From an uncultured bacterium (GTDB lineage Bacteria > CSSED10-310 > CAZUFC01): DNA of 64,000 nt. Below the pieces are notes generated by a model. The model was not told the origin of the DNA. It worked only from the letters and a program-made list of their open reading frames with translations, and made no database searches. The DNA lies in contig CAZUFC010000013.1 of NCBI GenBank assembly GCA_964619725.1, positions 1-64,000 on the forward strand. Direction: 5' to 3'. The position numbers and the translations under genes were made by a program. Below, piece after piece: positions 38,365 to 48,279 of this stretch. Each line of letters starts with the position of its first letter. Within the stretch, counting starts at the first letter, position 1.

Positions 38365-40092
38365 ATGTCTGAATCCAAAGGTCTGACCCGTCTGCTTATC
38401 ATCGGTCTGGACGGCGCGGACTACAATATCGTACGACAATTCATGCGGGAAGGCGATCTGCCCAATCTTGCCGGTGTGGCGCAAGAAGGTGTTTTCGGCA
38501 AATTGCGCTCCACCTTGCCTCCCTTTACATTCCCGGCCTGGTCGTCTTTCCTGACAGGATGCAATCCCGGAAAACATGGAATTTTCGATTTTACCAGACG
38601 GATTCTTTCTACCTACAAAGTGAAATTTGTAAATTCTCACTCAAGATGCAGACCCTCCGTCTTCAAAATTCTCGATCAGGCTAACTGTCGTTCCGGCGTT
38701 ATGGGAATACCTACGACCTATCCCCCTGAAAAAATTAAGGGCTTTATGATCAGCGGTTTCGACGCGCCGGTTACTGTCGGCGTCGATAAGTCTTTCATGC
38801 AGCCTCCGCAGCTTTACCGGGAGATCAGAGATAATGTCGGCGAATTCGTTATCACGGAATTTCAGGAGTTGAGAAAAGGGAACAGGTGGCATGAAACAGC
38901 GTTGAACAGTCTCTTGAATACCGCTGAACGGCGCCGAAGAATCGCTGAATTCCTCCTTAAAAAAGGAGACTATGATTGTTTCATGGTTCTTTTCGGCGAA
39001 ACGGATACTGCCGGGCACCATTTCTGGGCTTTCCACGATCAGAATTCTCCCAGACACATTCCCGCAGATTCGGAAAATATAAAAATTGCCTTAAGACTCG
39101 TTTACAGGGCTGCAGATCGCGCCGTCGGAAACCTTATGGCTCTATGCGGCGAAAATACCGATTTGATGATCCTTTCTGATCATGGAATGGGAGGATCGAG
39201 CGACCAGGTTATCTATCTGAATCGGCTGCTCGCTCAGTGGGGCTACTTGAAATTTGCACCGAAAAAATTCAGTTCTTCTGTGATCGGCAAAGCAAAAAAT
39301 ATCGCATTGGATATTCTTCCGGCACATGTTCAGGAAATGGTTTTCAGAAAGGGAAAAGGTAAAATCGCAAATTGGGTCGAATCCGCAGTCCGCTTCCAGG
39401 GCATCAAGTGGAATCAGACAAGAGCCTTCTCCGAAGAGATGAACTCTTTGCCGTCAATATGGCTGCACGTTCAGGGCAGGGACCCCCTAGGTATCGTTAA
39501 GCAGGGAAAACAATACGAATCGTTAAGGTCGGAGCTCATTGGAAAACTGGAATCCTGGATGAATCCTTTCACTGGAAATAAAGTTTTTAAACATGTCCAT
39601 AAACGGGAGGATATCTATTCCGGAGAATGTCTTAAATTCGCCCCCGATTTGATCCTGGAGCCGGAATTATGCGGAAATTACGCCTATAATTTTCAGCATT
39701 CAAGCAAATCTCCCCCAGGCCATACCGCGCCCATAAGAAAATTGAATACGCATGAATTTGCGGGGTGTAAGGGCGAAACCATGAACGGAACTCATAGACC
39801 CGACGGCATCTTTTTCGCCCGCGGGCCCTCTTTCAAAAAGAATTACAAACTTACGGGCGCTTCGATTAAAGATATAACACCTACGATCTTGCAGTTGCTT
39901 CATGTGAACGCTGATTTGAAAATGGACGGCAGTTCGTTGCAACGGGCGCTGAATCAGAAAACTCAGCGGGTCGATGGCCGGTATTTTTCTGAAAGCCCGT
40001 CAGCCGAATATCAGGAAAATAAGAAAACGGAATTGACCGAGGAAGAAGAAAAAATTTTAAAAGAGCGACTGGAGAATCTGGGATATTTGTAG
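38365..40092 (+). CDS. Type I phosphodiesterase / nucleotide pyrophosphatase family protein
   Basis: IGLDGAD, STLPPFTFPAW, NPGKHGIFDF, D..GH.FW, SDHG, GTHRPDGIF; ends LENLGYL. Confidence 0.9.
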   Translation: MSESKGLTRLLIIGLDGADYNIVRQFMREGDLPNLAGVAQEGVFGKLRSTLPPFTFPAWSSFLTGCNPGKHGIFDFTRRILSTYKVKFVNSHSRCRPSVFKILDQANCRSGVMGIPTTYPPEKIKGFMISGFDAPVTVGVDKSFMQPPQLYREIRDNVGEFVITEFQELRKGNRWHETALNSLLNTAERRRRIAEFLLKKGDYDCFMVLFGETDTAGHHFWAFHDQNSPRHIPADSENIKIALRLVYRAADRAVGNLMALCGENTDLMILSDHGMGGSSDQVIYLNRLLAQWGYLKFAPKKFSSSVIGKAKNIALDILPAHVQEMVFRKGKGKIANWVESAVRFQGIKWNQTRAFSEEMNSLPSIWLHVQGRDPLGIVKQGKQYESLRSELIGKLESWMNPFTGNKVFKHVHKREDIYSGECLKFAPDLILEPELCGNYAYNFQHSSKSPPGHTAPIRKLNTHEFAGCKGETMNGTHRPDGIFFARGPSFKKNYKLTGASIKDITPTILQLLHVNADLKMDGSSLQRALNQKTQRVDGRYFSESPSAEYQENKKTELTEEEEKILKERLENLGYL

Positions 40093-40148
40093 GATTATGA
40101 GGATTTGTATGAAGCATTTAAATTCAGCGCTGATCGAAGAAGGAGAAA

Positions 40149-42332
40149 ATGATTATGTTCATTAGAAAAGCCAGCTTTATCCTTTACTTAATATGGTGTT
40201 TTGCAGCCCCTGCTTCCTTGCGTTCTGCTGATTGTACGGATGAAGGAACCGAAGGCGGGCCTGAAATTGTTTCTTTCCCTTATTCCTTAACGGAAGCGGA
40301 GTCAAAGCCGACATTTTTCGCACAGGACCCCGGCGGCTGGTTCTGGCTCGGATATCAAAACGATAATTTTCTGTCTGTTTTTGACGGTCGGGAACATTTT
40401 TTTAGTCTTCCAGGTCCCGACAGTCAGGAACTCGGCTGCGTTAAGGACTTGATGTTCGACTTTTTCGAAAAACGCATCTTGCTGGCTACGGAAAAGGGTC
40501 TATGGGTAAAAGAATTCGAAAAACAAAATTGGGCGGGACCGTTCGGCTCCGAAGCATCGGAAGTTCATGAATTCACGTCGATAGCGATTTCTCAAGACGG
40601 CGCACTGTTTGCTGTGAATCCTCATGAGGGTTTATTCTCGGCCGGCCCCGGTCAATTGGAAAACTGGAATCTGGTGAATGGAATCCAAGGCATTAACGCT
40701 ATTCACATCGATAATGAAAATCATGTCTGGCTGGGACTCCAATCCGGCGCTCTGTTGATGAGGAGGCCGGATACCGACGCTCTGCAAGCGTTCTTTACGG
40801 TCGCCGAATTGCCCTCTGTTTCATCTATCGTTACGAATAATGACGGGCGAATCGTCGCCGGAACGGATAAAGGCTGTTTTATCATCAAAGAAAAGGACAA
40901 TGATTACACTATTGATCCCATTGTCGAGATACCATCAAAACCTGTTGTGCAATGTCAGGCGCAGGACGGCATACTCTGGGTTCTGTTTAAGGACTCGACC
41001 CTGGGTTGTTTTTCTTATAAACAAAAGAGCTACTTCGCTTTTAATAAACAGGAATTCCTGGGCGAAGGCGGCGATGTCCGATATATTTTCTTTGATGATC
41101 ATAAAAGAATCTGGTTATTGAGGGATGAGTTGATCAGCCGAATCGATTTGCAACCCGAAAAGAACAGCACAACGGATTACGTCGACAGCGAGAACGCCAT
41201 GGTCTGCCTGACCCCTGATTCCACGGAACTGCATAATTTTGCGGAAACAGCGCTTCCTCGCTCCTACCATGGAAAACTTCTTTGGCATTGCCTGGAAATT
41301 AAAAGCGATACTGGAATAGAGGACTTCGAGTCTTCGGTCATTTTAAAGCGGGATTTGTTCAATAACGTTACTTTGCGTTTAAAAACGGATGCTGATCGCC
41401 TGATGGTTTCATCACGCACCTATTCTCAGGGAGAAATCCAGAAAAAGGAAAGGCTTCGATTGAGCGCCAAATACCCGTTTCCGGACGATTATCATTTCAA
41501 TGTTAAGCCTTTTGCCCAATATGATGAAAGTTCCTTATCGTCCGAGCGCCTGCTGAACGCAATATCTCCCTATATCAAGGAATCATCGAAAAACAACAAT
41601 CTGAAAGTCGTGCAGGACCTGATCTATTCGGAAATTTTTTCTCGAAAAGACGGTTTGCAGATTGTGGAACACTGCTTCGATGCGACTACGGCAAAAGGAC
41701 CGGAAAAAAGAACCCGGATAGCCGCTCAGTGTCTCAGAGTTCTCGGTATTCCGGTGAGATTGGTCGCTCAGTCAATGGAGCATTTTTTGGGAGAAGTATG
41801 GATTTCTCAGGTCGGTTGGATTCCTTTCGATGTTTCTGATATTCCTGAAAAATTCTGGTCGAAAAAGCGGATTTCTTTCCCCTTGTTCACAAATGAAACT
41901 CATTTCTACAACTATAAACGTGGAGTGAACGATGAGATGACGGTGATTTTCCGTAATGACCGCGGTGATGCGACATTTGAAACCAAAAAGGAGGGATTCT
42001 CTGCGGAGAATATGAAAAAAACTCTGATATTGTTTAAACCTGCAGAAACAGAGAATATACCCGCCGAAGCGCGTTTGCCGCTTGTGTTTAACATTACTGC
42101 CGCTCTTTTCGATACTGAACACGGTTACAGTCTCAATATCTATGATCAACTCGGAAACGCCATTTTTAAAATCCCCGTCAAAAATTTCGGCGTTCCCCAG
42201 GTACTGAACATAGTAAAGTTTTTCTCGATAGAATTCGTCGCTTATAAGATAGACGAATATGTCGTTTTAAACGTAACAGAATGGATTCCCGCTGAAGTTA
42301 ATCCTCTGGAAAGTCTCATACGCGACAGATAG
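40149..42332 (+). CDS. Secreted beta-propeller protein with C-terminal transglutaminase-like domain
   Basis: Signal peptide; propeller repeats (D..G..W.G, ATEKGL, GTDKG); LRVLGIPVR..H..GEVW...GWIPFD. Confidence 0.7.
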   Translation: MIMFIRKASFILYLIWCFAAPASLRSADCTDEGTEGGPEIVSFPYSLTEAESKPTFFAQDPGGWFWLGYQNDNFLSVFDGREHFFSLPGPDSQELGCVKDLMFDFFEKRILLATEKGLWVKEFEKQNWAGPFGSEASEVHEFTSIAISQDGALFAVNPHEGLFSAGPGQLENWNLVNGIQGINAIHIDNENHVWLGLQSGALLMRRPDTDALQAFFTVAELPSVSSIVTNNDGRIVAGTDKGCFIIKEKDNDYTIDPIVEIPSKPVVQCQAQDGILWVLFKDSTLGCFSYKQKSYFAFNKQEFLGEGGDVRYIFFDDHKRIWLLRDELISRIDLQPEKNSTTDYVDSENAMVCLTPDSTELHNFAETALPRSYHGKLLWHCLEIKSDTGIEDFESSVILKRDLFNNVTLRLKTDADRLMVSSRTYSQGEIQKKERLRLSAKYPFPDDYHFNVKPFAQYDESSLSSERLLNAISPYIKESSKNNNLKVVQDLIYSEIFSRKDGLQIVEHCFDATTAKGPEKRTRIAAQCLRVLGIPVRLVAQSMEHFLGEVWISQVGWIPFDVSDIPEKFWSKKRISFPLFTNETHFYNYKRGVNDEMTVIFRNDRGDATFETKKEGFSAENMKKTLILFKPAETENIPAEARLPLVFNITAALFDTEHGYSLNIYDQLGNAIFKIPVKNFGVPQVLNIVKFFSIEFVAYKIDEYVVLNVTEWIPAEVNPLESLIRDR

Positions 42333-42523
42333 AAAAATGAGGATAGACTCTTTTTCCTGAAGGGGGGCACGTCGATTCAGCGATCAGCGCCTGTCTGATT
42401 TTTTTCCTCTCCTAGGATTACTGATTATTTGAAAACGTTGCGGGTTTATTGAGAATAGATACTGACGACTGCGGATAATTGGATGATTGACGATAAAAAA
42501 TTTTATTTTTTCAGTAAAAACTG

Positions 42524-42552
42524 TTGACAAATTGATGATGAGTTCCTATGGT
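42524..42552 (+). promoter_or_regulatory. Putative sigma70 promoter of rpsU
   Basis: TTGACA-N17-TATGGT with an AT-rich UP-like tract upstream. Confidence 0.6.
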
Positions 42553-42598
42553 GACTTCTGCTTTGATTTCTGCGATGAGCAGGAAGGGGTGAAGATGG

Positions 42599-42796
42599 AT
42601 GGTTGGTATTAGAGTGAAGCCTGAAGAATCTTTTGAAAGCGCGTTGCGTCGTTTCAAGAAACAATGCGAGAAGGCTGGGGTTCTGTCAGAGCTTCGACGC
42701 AGGGAACATTACGAAAAACCGAGCACGAAGAAAAAGCGCAAAGCTCTGGCTGCTCGAAAAAAACAGGCGAAACTGTCAAGAAAAACCAGAAGTTAA
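42599..42796 (+). CDS. rpsU: 30S ribosomal protein S21
   Basis: [26 protein letters not shown]. Confidence 0.97.
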   Translation: MVGIRVKPEESFESALRRFKKQCEKAGVLSELRRREHYEKPSTKKKRKALAARKKQAKLSRKTRS

Positions 42797-42889
42797 ACAT
42801 AATAAACATGTTGCTTCAAGTGACCGGCAACGCTATAACAGCGGAAACACTCCTAAGGGAATGTTCAATAAATTCACCCGGGAGCCGAA

Positions 42890-45328
42890 ATGGATGTGCA
42901 TTCGCTCAAGGTTCTTCAATACGATCAGGTTTTGGATATCCTTGGGCGATATGCCTCATCAAGCTGGACCAGAGAACGAATAAAGAGACTCACCCCTTCA
43001 GTCGATCAAAAATCAATCATAGAAGAACTTAACCTGGTTGAAGAGTATCGTTTGTTGATTGATGAAAAGGAGGCGCCGCCCAGGCCCCGCGTTTTTGATC
43101 TGCGTGAAGCTCTGGACAAATCCGAAACCCTCGGATACGCTCTGGAATCCTCTTACTTTTTGAAGATAGCGGATGCTTATCGTCATCTGCGGGAATTATC
43201 CAGTTATCTTTCCAGGGTGAAAGAAAGCTCTCCCCGGCTTTATGCTGTCCGAGAAAAGTTGAAAACAGACCGTGGATTTGAGGAAGAGATACTGAGAAAA
43301 ATCGACGAGCACGGAAACGTCAAGGACAGGGCGAGCGCCGAATTGGCTTCAATACGAAGCAGGATCAATGGATTAAGAGACCGGATAAGAACAAGGATTT
43401 ACGGGATACTGGAGGGATTGTTGCCGAGAGATATCGTCAGCGATACAGTGGTAACGATACGCAACAACAGATTAGTGATTCCTGTAAAGACGGAGGCGAA
43501 GAACCGGGTGCCCGGGATCATGCACGATCAATCTTCAAGCGGAGCGACGGTTTTTATTGAACCTAATGCGACGGTAGGGATGAACAATGAGCTTGCGGAG
43601 CTGCAGATAAAGGAGAAGCAGGAAGTCCATAAAATACTTGTTGATTTGACCGACAAATTGCGTGAGCGTGCGGGTATGATCCAGATATCGCTTGAGGCAT
43701 TGATAAAACTGGACATGGTGCATTGTAAAGCAATGTTTGCGGAGGAATATGACTGCCATAATCCGGCAGTGACTTCCGAAAGAACCTTTTTTCTTCAGAA
43801 AGCCCGGCATCCTTTACTCGTACTCCAGAAAATAAAAGAGAAAACCGCCGGAAAAAAAACGATAAACATCGTGCCGACTACACTTAAACTTACTCCTGAA
43901 CAGCCTGTAATGCTTATTTCAGGCCCTAATGCTGGAGGTAAGACGGTAGCGCAGAAGACAGCAGGACTGATTGCTTTGATGGTTCAGACCGGTATTCCGG
44001 CGCCCTGTTCGCCGGACAGCGTTATCCCCGTCTTTTCCGGCATATTCGCCGATATCGGGGATGAGCAGTCGATTGAGGAATCCTTATCGACCTTTTCCGG
44101 TCATATGTTGAGGATAAAGCAATTTTTTCAGAAAGCGGATGCTCATAGTCTTGTTCTTCTGGATGAGCTGGGAGCCGGCACGGATGCTTCTGAAGGTTCG
44201 GCGCTGGGCGTCGCGGTTTTAAAAGAGTTCATCAGGCGTGAATCTTTGACTATAGCCGTCACGCATGGGGAGGGCATTAAAAATTTCGCAGTTACGCAGT
44301 CCAATATCATTAATGCTTCCGTTTCATTTGATGAAGAAAAGCTGGTACCGACGTATCGACTGGTTAAAGATAAACTGGGTAGAAGCTACGGTTTTCAGGT
44401 CGCTGCCTCTCTTGGAATGCCCCAACATATCATTGAAGAAGCGGAGAAAGCTCTGGATCAGGAAACCTGGCAAAGGTTAAGACTTATCGAAGTCCTCGAA
44501 AAAGAAAGAGAAAGTCTCGCCGAATTGCGTCAGAACATGATGATAAAACAGCAAGAAATAGATATCAACGATGAGCGTACCCGGAAACTTTTGAAAGAAA
44601 CTGAAGAAAAAACCAAAAAAGATATTTCAGAAGCCAGGGAAAAGGGATATCGTTTAATAAAGGATATGAAAAATCGATTCGAAATCCTTTTTAAAAACAT
44701 CCAAAGGCAAGCGAAAGACGACGCTGAAATAAAGAAAACATTTCAAAAAGAGATCGACAGGGCGAGGAACCTGATGTTTGACAGACTGGCCGTACCGGAA
44801 AGCAAATCGCCGAAAAAGAAGCAGCGACTGAAAAAAGGAGATCGGGTGTGGGTCACATCGCTTAACAAGGAGGGGCGAGTCGAAACGGTAGAAGAGAACA
44901 AGGCGAAGATCAGGGTAGGAGCGGTGACCGTTACCCTTTCAGATGATGAATTGAGAAATATAAGGATTCTGGCGCCTCAAAAGGACGAAGAAAAAAGAGA
45001 ACCTGAGGTTGAAAAGAAGCAGGCGGATGAGAGAGTGTCCATTGATTTCGATGAGACTGAAATAAACTATGAATTGCCTATGCGCTTGTATTTGTTGGGT
45101 TATAGAGTTGAAGAAGCGATAAGAGAGACTGATCGATATCTGGATCAGGCTTTTAGGGCCGGTTATCCGGAAGTGGCGCTCATTCACGGAATCGGCACGG
45201 GACGACTGATGAGAGGGCTGCATCAGCGCTTAAGGAAAACACCTAACGTTTCATCTTTTCGGATGGGCCGCCCTGAAGAAGGCGGCAGGGGAGTTACGGT
45301 CGTTTCTTTGAAGCGCAGGGAATACTGA
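42890..45328 (+). CDS. mutS2: Endonuclease MutS2
   Basis: SSSGATVFIEP, GPNAGGKT, DIGDEQSIE.SLSTFS, LDELGAGTD, Smr domain IHGIGTG..EGG.GVT. Confidence 0.95.
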   Translation: MDVHSLKVLQYDQVLDILGRYASSSWTRERIKRLTPSVDQKSIIEELNLVEEYRLLIDEKEAPPRPRVFDLREALDKSETLGYALESSYFLKIADAYRHLRELSSYLSRVKESSPRLYAVREKLKTDRGFEEEILRKIDEHGNVKDRASAELASIRSRINGLRDRIRTRIYGILEGLLPRDIVSDTVVTIRNNRLVIPVKTEAKNRVPGIMHDQSSSGATVFIEPNATVGMNNELAELQIKEKQEVHKILVDLTDKLRERAGMIQISLEALIKLDMVHCKAMFAEEYDCHNPAVTSERTFFLQKARHPLLVLQKIKEKTAGKKTINIVPTTLKLTPEQPVMLISGPNAGGKTVAQKTAGLIALMVQTGIPAPCSPDSVIPVFSGIFADIGDEQSIEESLSTFSGHMLRIKQFFQKADAHSLVLLDELGAGTDASEGSALGVAVLKEFIRRESLTIAVTHGEGIKNFAVTQSNIINASVSFDEEKLVPTYRLVKDKLGRSYGFQVAASLGMPQHIIEEAEKALDQETWQRLRLIEVLEKERESLAELRQNMMIKQQEIDINDERTRKLLKETEEKTKKDISEAREKGYRLIKDMKNRFEILFKNIQRQAKDDAEIKKTFQKEIDRARNLMFDRLAVPESKSPKKKQRLKKGDRVWVTSLNKEGRVETVEENKAKIRVGAVTVTLSDDELRNIRILAPQKDEEKREPEVEKKQADERVSIDFDETEINYELPMRLYLLGYRVEEAIRETDRYLDQAFRAGYPEVALIHGIGTGRLMRGLHQRLRKTPNVSSFRMGRPEEGGRGVTVVSLKRREY

Positions 45329-45435
45329 ATCGAAGCAGAATTCCGATCGTTCGGCGTTGAGTGAAGAATTGAAATAAGTCGAATTTTTTGATAAATTAAA
45401 AACGGTTTCATGGTTGATTTTTCAAGGGCAGTGTT

Positions 45436-47259
45436 ATGACTTTAATTAATCAGGCTGTGGTAGAGGAAATAAGACATCGCGTCGATATCATTGATGTCGT
45501 TTCTGGATACGTCTCCCTTAAAAAAGCTGGACGTTCCTTTAAGGGATTATGTCCTTTTCACAGGGAAAAAACGCCCTCTTTTGTCGTAACGCCTGAAAAG
45601 CAAATTTACCATTGCTTCGGTTGTGGAAAAGGCGGGGATGTCTTCAATTTTGTCATGGAGATGGAAGGTTTAGGATTCGTCGAAACCGCCAGAATGCTGG
45701 CTCAGAAAGCCGGCGTTGTTATTCCCGAAGGACCCAAAGATTCCCGTGCTATAAAAAGAAAAAAGGAATCGGAGCTCATAAGAGCGGCAAATAAAGTCGC
45801 CTGCCGCTGGTTTAAAGACCAGTTGAAAAGCTCCAGGTGGGGCGGTATTCCCCGTAATTATCTGAAACATAGACAAATTTCTCAGGATTCTATCGAATTC
45901 TTTGATCTGGGATATGCTCCGGAAAGCTGGAACTCGTTGATCGAATTTATGACCAAACAGGATTTCTCCCGAGAGATTCTGATAAAAAGCGGACTCGCAA
46001 AAAAAGGAAAAACATCCGCCTATGACGCGTTTCGCAACAGGCTTATTTTTCCTATCAAAAGCATTTCCGGCGACGTTATAGCCTTTGGCGGCAGAATTCT
46101 CAGCGATCAGGAACCCAAATATCTCAACTCCCCCGAAACGCCTGTTTACAGGAAAAGTTCTTCTATTTTCGGGCTTCATCAGGCCAGATCGCATATCAGA
46201 GACGCAGGGTTCGCCATCATAGTGGAAGGATATTTCGATGTGATCGGGCTCGCAGACAGGGGAATTAAAAACGTGGTTGCCCCTCTCGGCACATCTCTAA
46301 CCGAAAATCAAATACAGATACTGCGGAGATACTCAACCGACATCTATCTGATGTTCGATTCCGATGCCGGCGGCATTAAAGCCGTTCTCAGAAGCATTGA
46401 AATGTTGCTTGGTTTCGAATTGAATCAAATTCGCGTCGTCATGCTCCCCGAAGGCGATGATCCCGATGATATTGCACGAAGAGAGGGACCTGAAAAACTC
46501 AACTCACTGATTGCCGAAGCCCCGGATGCCTTCGACTTTCTCTTTCGGCATTTCTTCTCAGGCAAATGCGATTCGCTTCCTGAGCAGACAAAAATAGTCA
46601 ACAGCATGCTGCCCTATATACAAAAACTGCCCAGTCGATTCAAACGATCTTATTATATCGAGCGCCTGGCTGAAAAACTGAAAGTCGACGACTCGCTGCT
46701 TCTTGATGAACTTAATAAAGTCAAAAAGAACAGAATAAAAAAAGTTTCCCCCACCGAAACAGCCTGCAATCCCGCATATGAAATTGAAAGTCAGCTCCTG
46801 TGGCTTATTCTGAACGAACCTCATAAAGCTTCCTGGATTTTTTCAGAAATTTCCTGGGAAATTTTTCATTGCTCAGAATTAAAAAAAATCGCCAGAGAAA
46901 TTTATCGAATCTTGCTGGAAGGCAAAAAACCTTCCTTCAATTCCGTATGCGACCGCTTGAATGATCCCTCTCTCAAATCGGAACTCAGTCGCCTGTGCTT
47001 TCCTCAACGAAGAGAGCTTCACATTGACGAAATTAACAAGGATGCTACTTTGAACGGATGCCTGCAAAATTTGAAAAACCGCATCGAAAGACAGGAAGAT
47101 TCTATTCTCCAAAATGCGATAAAAGATGCGGAAAAAGAGAAAAATGACGAAGAACTCAGAAGATTGATACTGGAAAGACAAAGAAGACGCAGGGAGGAGG
47201 CTGAGTCGTTCAACCGAAGGTTGAACGATGACGGAGAGTTTTTGAAATCAGGTTTTTAA
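45436..47259 (+). CDS. dnaG: DNA primase
   Basis: CPFH.EKTPSF..CFGC, KYLNSPET, VEGYFDV, FDSD.GG, DPD. Confidence 0.97.
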   Translation: MTLINQAVVEEIRHRVDIIDVVSGYVSLKKAGRSFKGLCPFHREKTPSFVVTPEKQIYHCFGCGKGGDVFNFVMEMEGLGFVETARMLAQKAGVVIPEGPKDSRAIKRKKESELIRAANKVACRWFKDQLKSSRWGGIPRNYLKHRQISQDSIEFFDLGYAPESWNSLIEFMTKQDFSREILIKSGLAKKGKTSAYDAFRNRLIFPIKSISGDVIAFGGRILSDQEPKYLNSPETPVYRKSSSIFGLHQARSHIRDAGFAIIVEGYFDVIGLADRGIKNVVAPLGTSLTENQIQILRRYSTDIYLMFDSDAGGIKAVLRSIEMLLGFELNQIRVVMLPEGDDPDDIARREGPEKLNSLIAEAPDAFDFLFRHFFSGKCDSLPEQTKIVNSMLPYIQKLPSRFKRSYYIERLAEKLKVDDSLLLDELNKVKKNRIKKVSPTETACNPAYEIESQLLWLILNEPHKASWIFSEISWEIFHCSELKKIAREIYRILLEGKKPSFNSVCDRLNDPSLKSELSRLCFPQRRELHIDEINKDATLNGCLQNLKNRIERQEDSILQNAIKDAEKEKNDEELRRLILERQRRRREEAESFNRRLNDDGEFLKSGF

Positions 47260-47315
47260 TTTTTTCCTTGACAAATGTCCTCAATATCCTTATTCATTGT
47301 GATGGTATGAATGTT

Positions 47316-47388
47316 GGGCCCATAGCTCATGTGGTAGAGCCACCGGCTCATAACCGGTAGGTGCCAGGTTCGAGTCCTGGTGGGCCCA
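47316..47388 (+). tRNA. tRNA with CAT anticodon, most likely tRNA-Ile2 (lysidine); CCA not encoded
   Basis: Cloverleaf: GGGCCCA/TGGGCCC acceptor stem, anticodon loop CTCATAA (CAT at 47349-47351), GGTTCGAGTCC T-arm; lacks initiator features. Confidence 0.92.
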
Positions 47389-47467
47389 CTTACTTGCTTT
47401 GGTTTTCCGGGAGGAAACAAATACGTTGATTTCTTATATAAAATTCCCTTTTGGGAGAAGGATTCCG

Positions 47468-47505
47468 AAAAAAAAGTGTACCGAATCTGGTACACTTTTT
47501 TTTTT
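47468..47505. terminator. Bidirectional-type intrinsic terminator
   Basis: A8-GTGTACC-N6-GGTACAC-T10. Confidence 0.65.
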
Positions 47506-47561
47506 CCCCATAATGATGATTTTCGATTAGTTTCAGAATCGCATATAAAAGGAGTTTAAAG

Positions 47562-48269
47562 GTGAATTCCAGGCTAAAAAAAGTGATCGAATTACAAAAA
47601 ATCGATCACGTCATCAGGGAAATAGAAGAACGGAAAAAGGAGGTTCCCCGAGCCGTTGACGAGCTGGACAGGGAACTTGAAGAATCGACCACAGTTCTGT
47701 CCGAATATCGTAAACGGCTCGAAACGATTGAAACGGACCGCCGGTCCAAGGAAAGAGATGTAGAATCGAACAACGAGAAAAAGAAGAAATATGAAACGCA
47801 GTTATACAGCGTCAAAACGAACAAGGAATATACAGCTCTGCTGAACGAAATTGAAGATATGAATCGCCAGAATTTGAGTCTGGAAGAAGAAATTCTGGAG
47901 CTGATGGAAGAAGCGGATTCGCTTAAGAAAACTCTGGCCTTGAAAGAAGCGGAATTTAAGGAAGAAAAACGTAATATTCAGAAGAAAAAACAGGTCAGGG
48001 AAGAAGGGCTGGAATCGTTAAACAAAAAACTGGAAGAGAATCAAAAGCAGAGGGCGGATATCCTTAAAGCGATTGACCGGAATTTGATGAACAGGTATCT
48101 CAGGATTTCGAAAGTACGCCGCAACGTCGTGGTCCCGATTAAAGGAAATGCCTGTTCAGGATGTTTTATGGTGGTCAGGCCGCAGGTCCTGGCAAGAGTG
48201 AGAGAAAGCGAGCAAATAGTAACTTGCGATAATTGTTCTCGAATATTATATTATGAAGAGGACGAATGA
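47562..48269 (+). CDS. Coiled-coil protein with C-terminal C4 zinc ribbon (DUF164 / CT398-like)
   Basis: LQKID start, NKEY.AL..EI, CSGC and CDNCSRILY. Confidence 0.9.
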   Translation: MNSRLKKVIELQKIDHVIREIEERKKEVPRAVDELDRELEESTTVLSEYRKRLETIETDRRSKERDVESNNEKKKKYETQLYSVKTNKEYTALLNEIEDMNRQNLSLEEEILELMEEADSLKKTLALKEAEFKEEKRNIQKKKQVREEGLESLNKKLEENQKQRADILKAIDRNLMNRYLRISKVRRNVVVPIKGNACSGCFMVVRPQVLARVRESEQIVTCDNCSRILYYEEDE

Positions 48270-48279
48270 TTCGTCCGGG

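Noticed and set aside
42633-43032. Alternative-frame ORFs over rpsU/mutS2
   Set aside because: Overlap two conserved genes; no recognisable product
47256-47495. 79-aa minus-strand ORF
   Set aside because: Antisense to the tRNA
47316-47560. tRNA-anchored genomic island
   Set aside because: No integrase or duplicated tRNA 3' end; flanking genes are core
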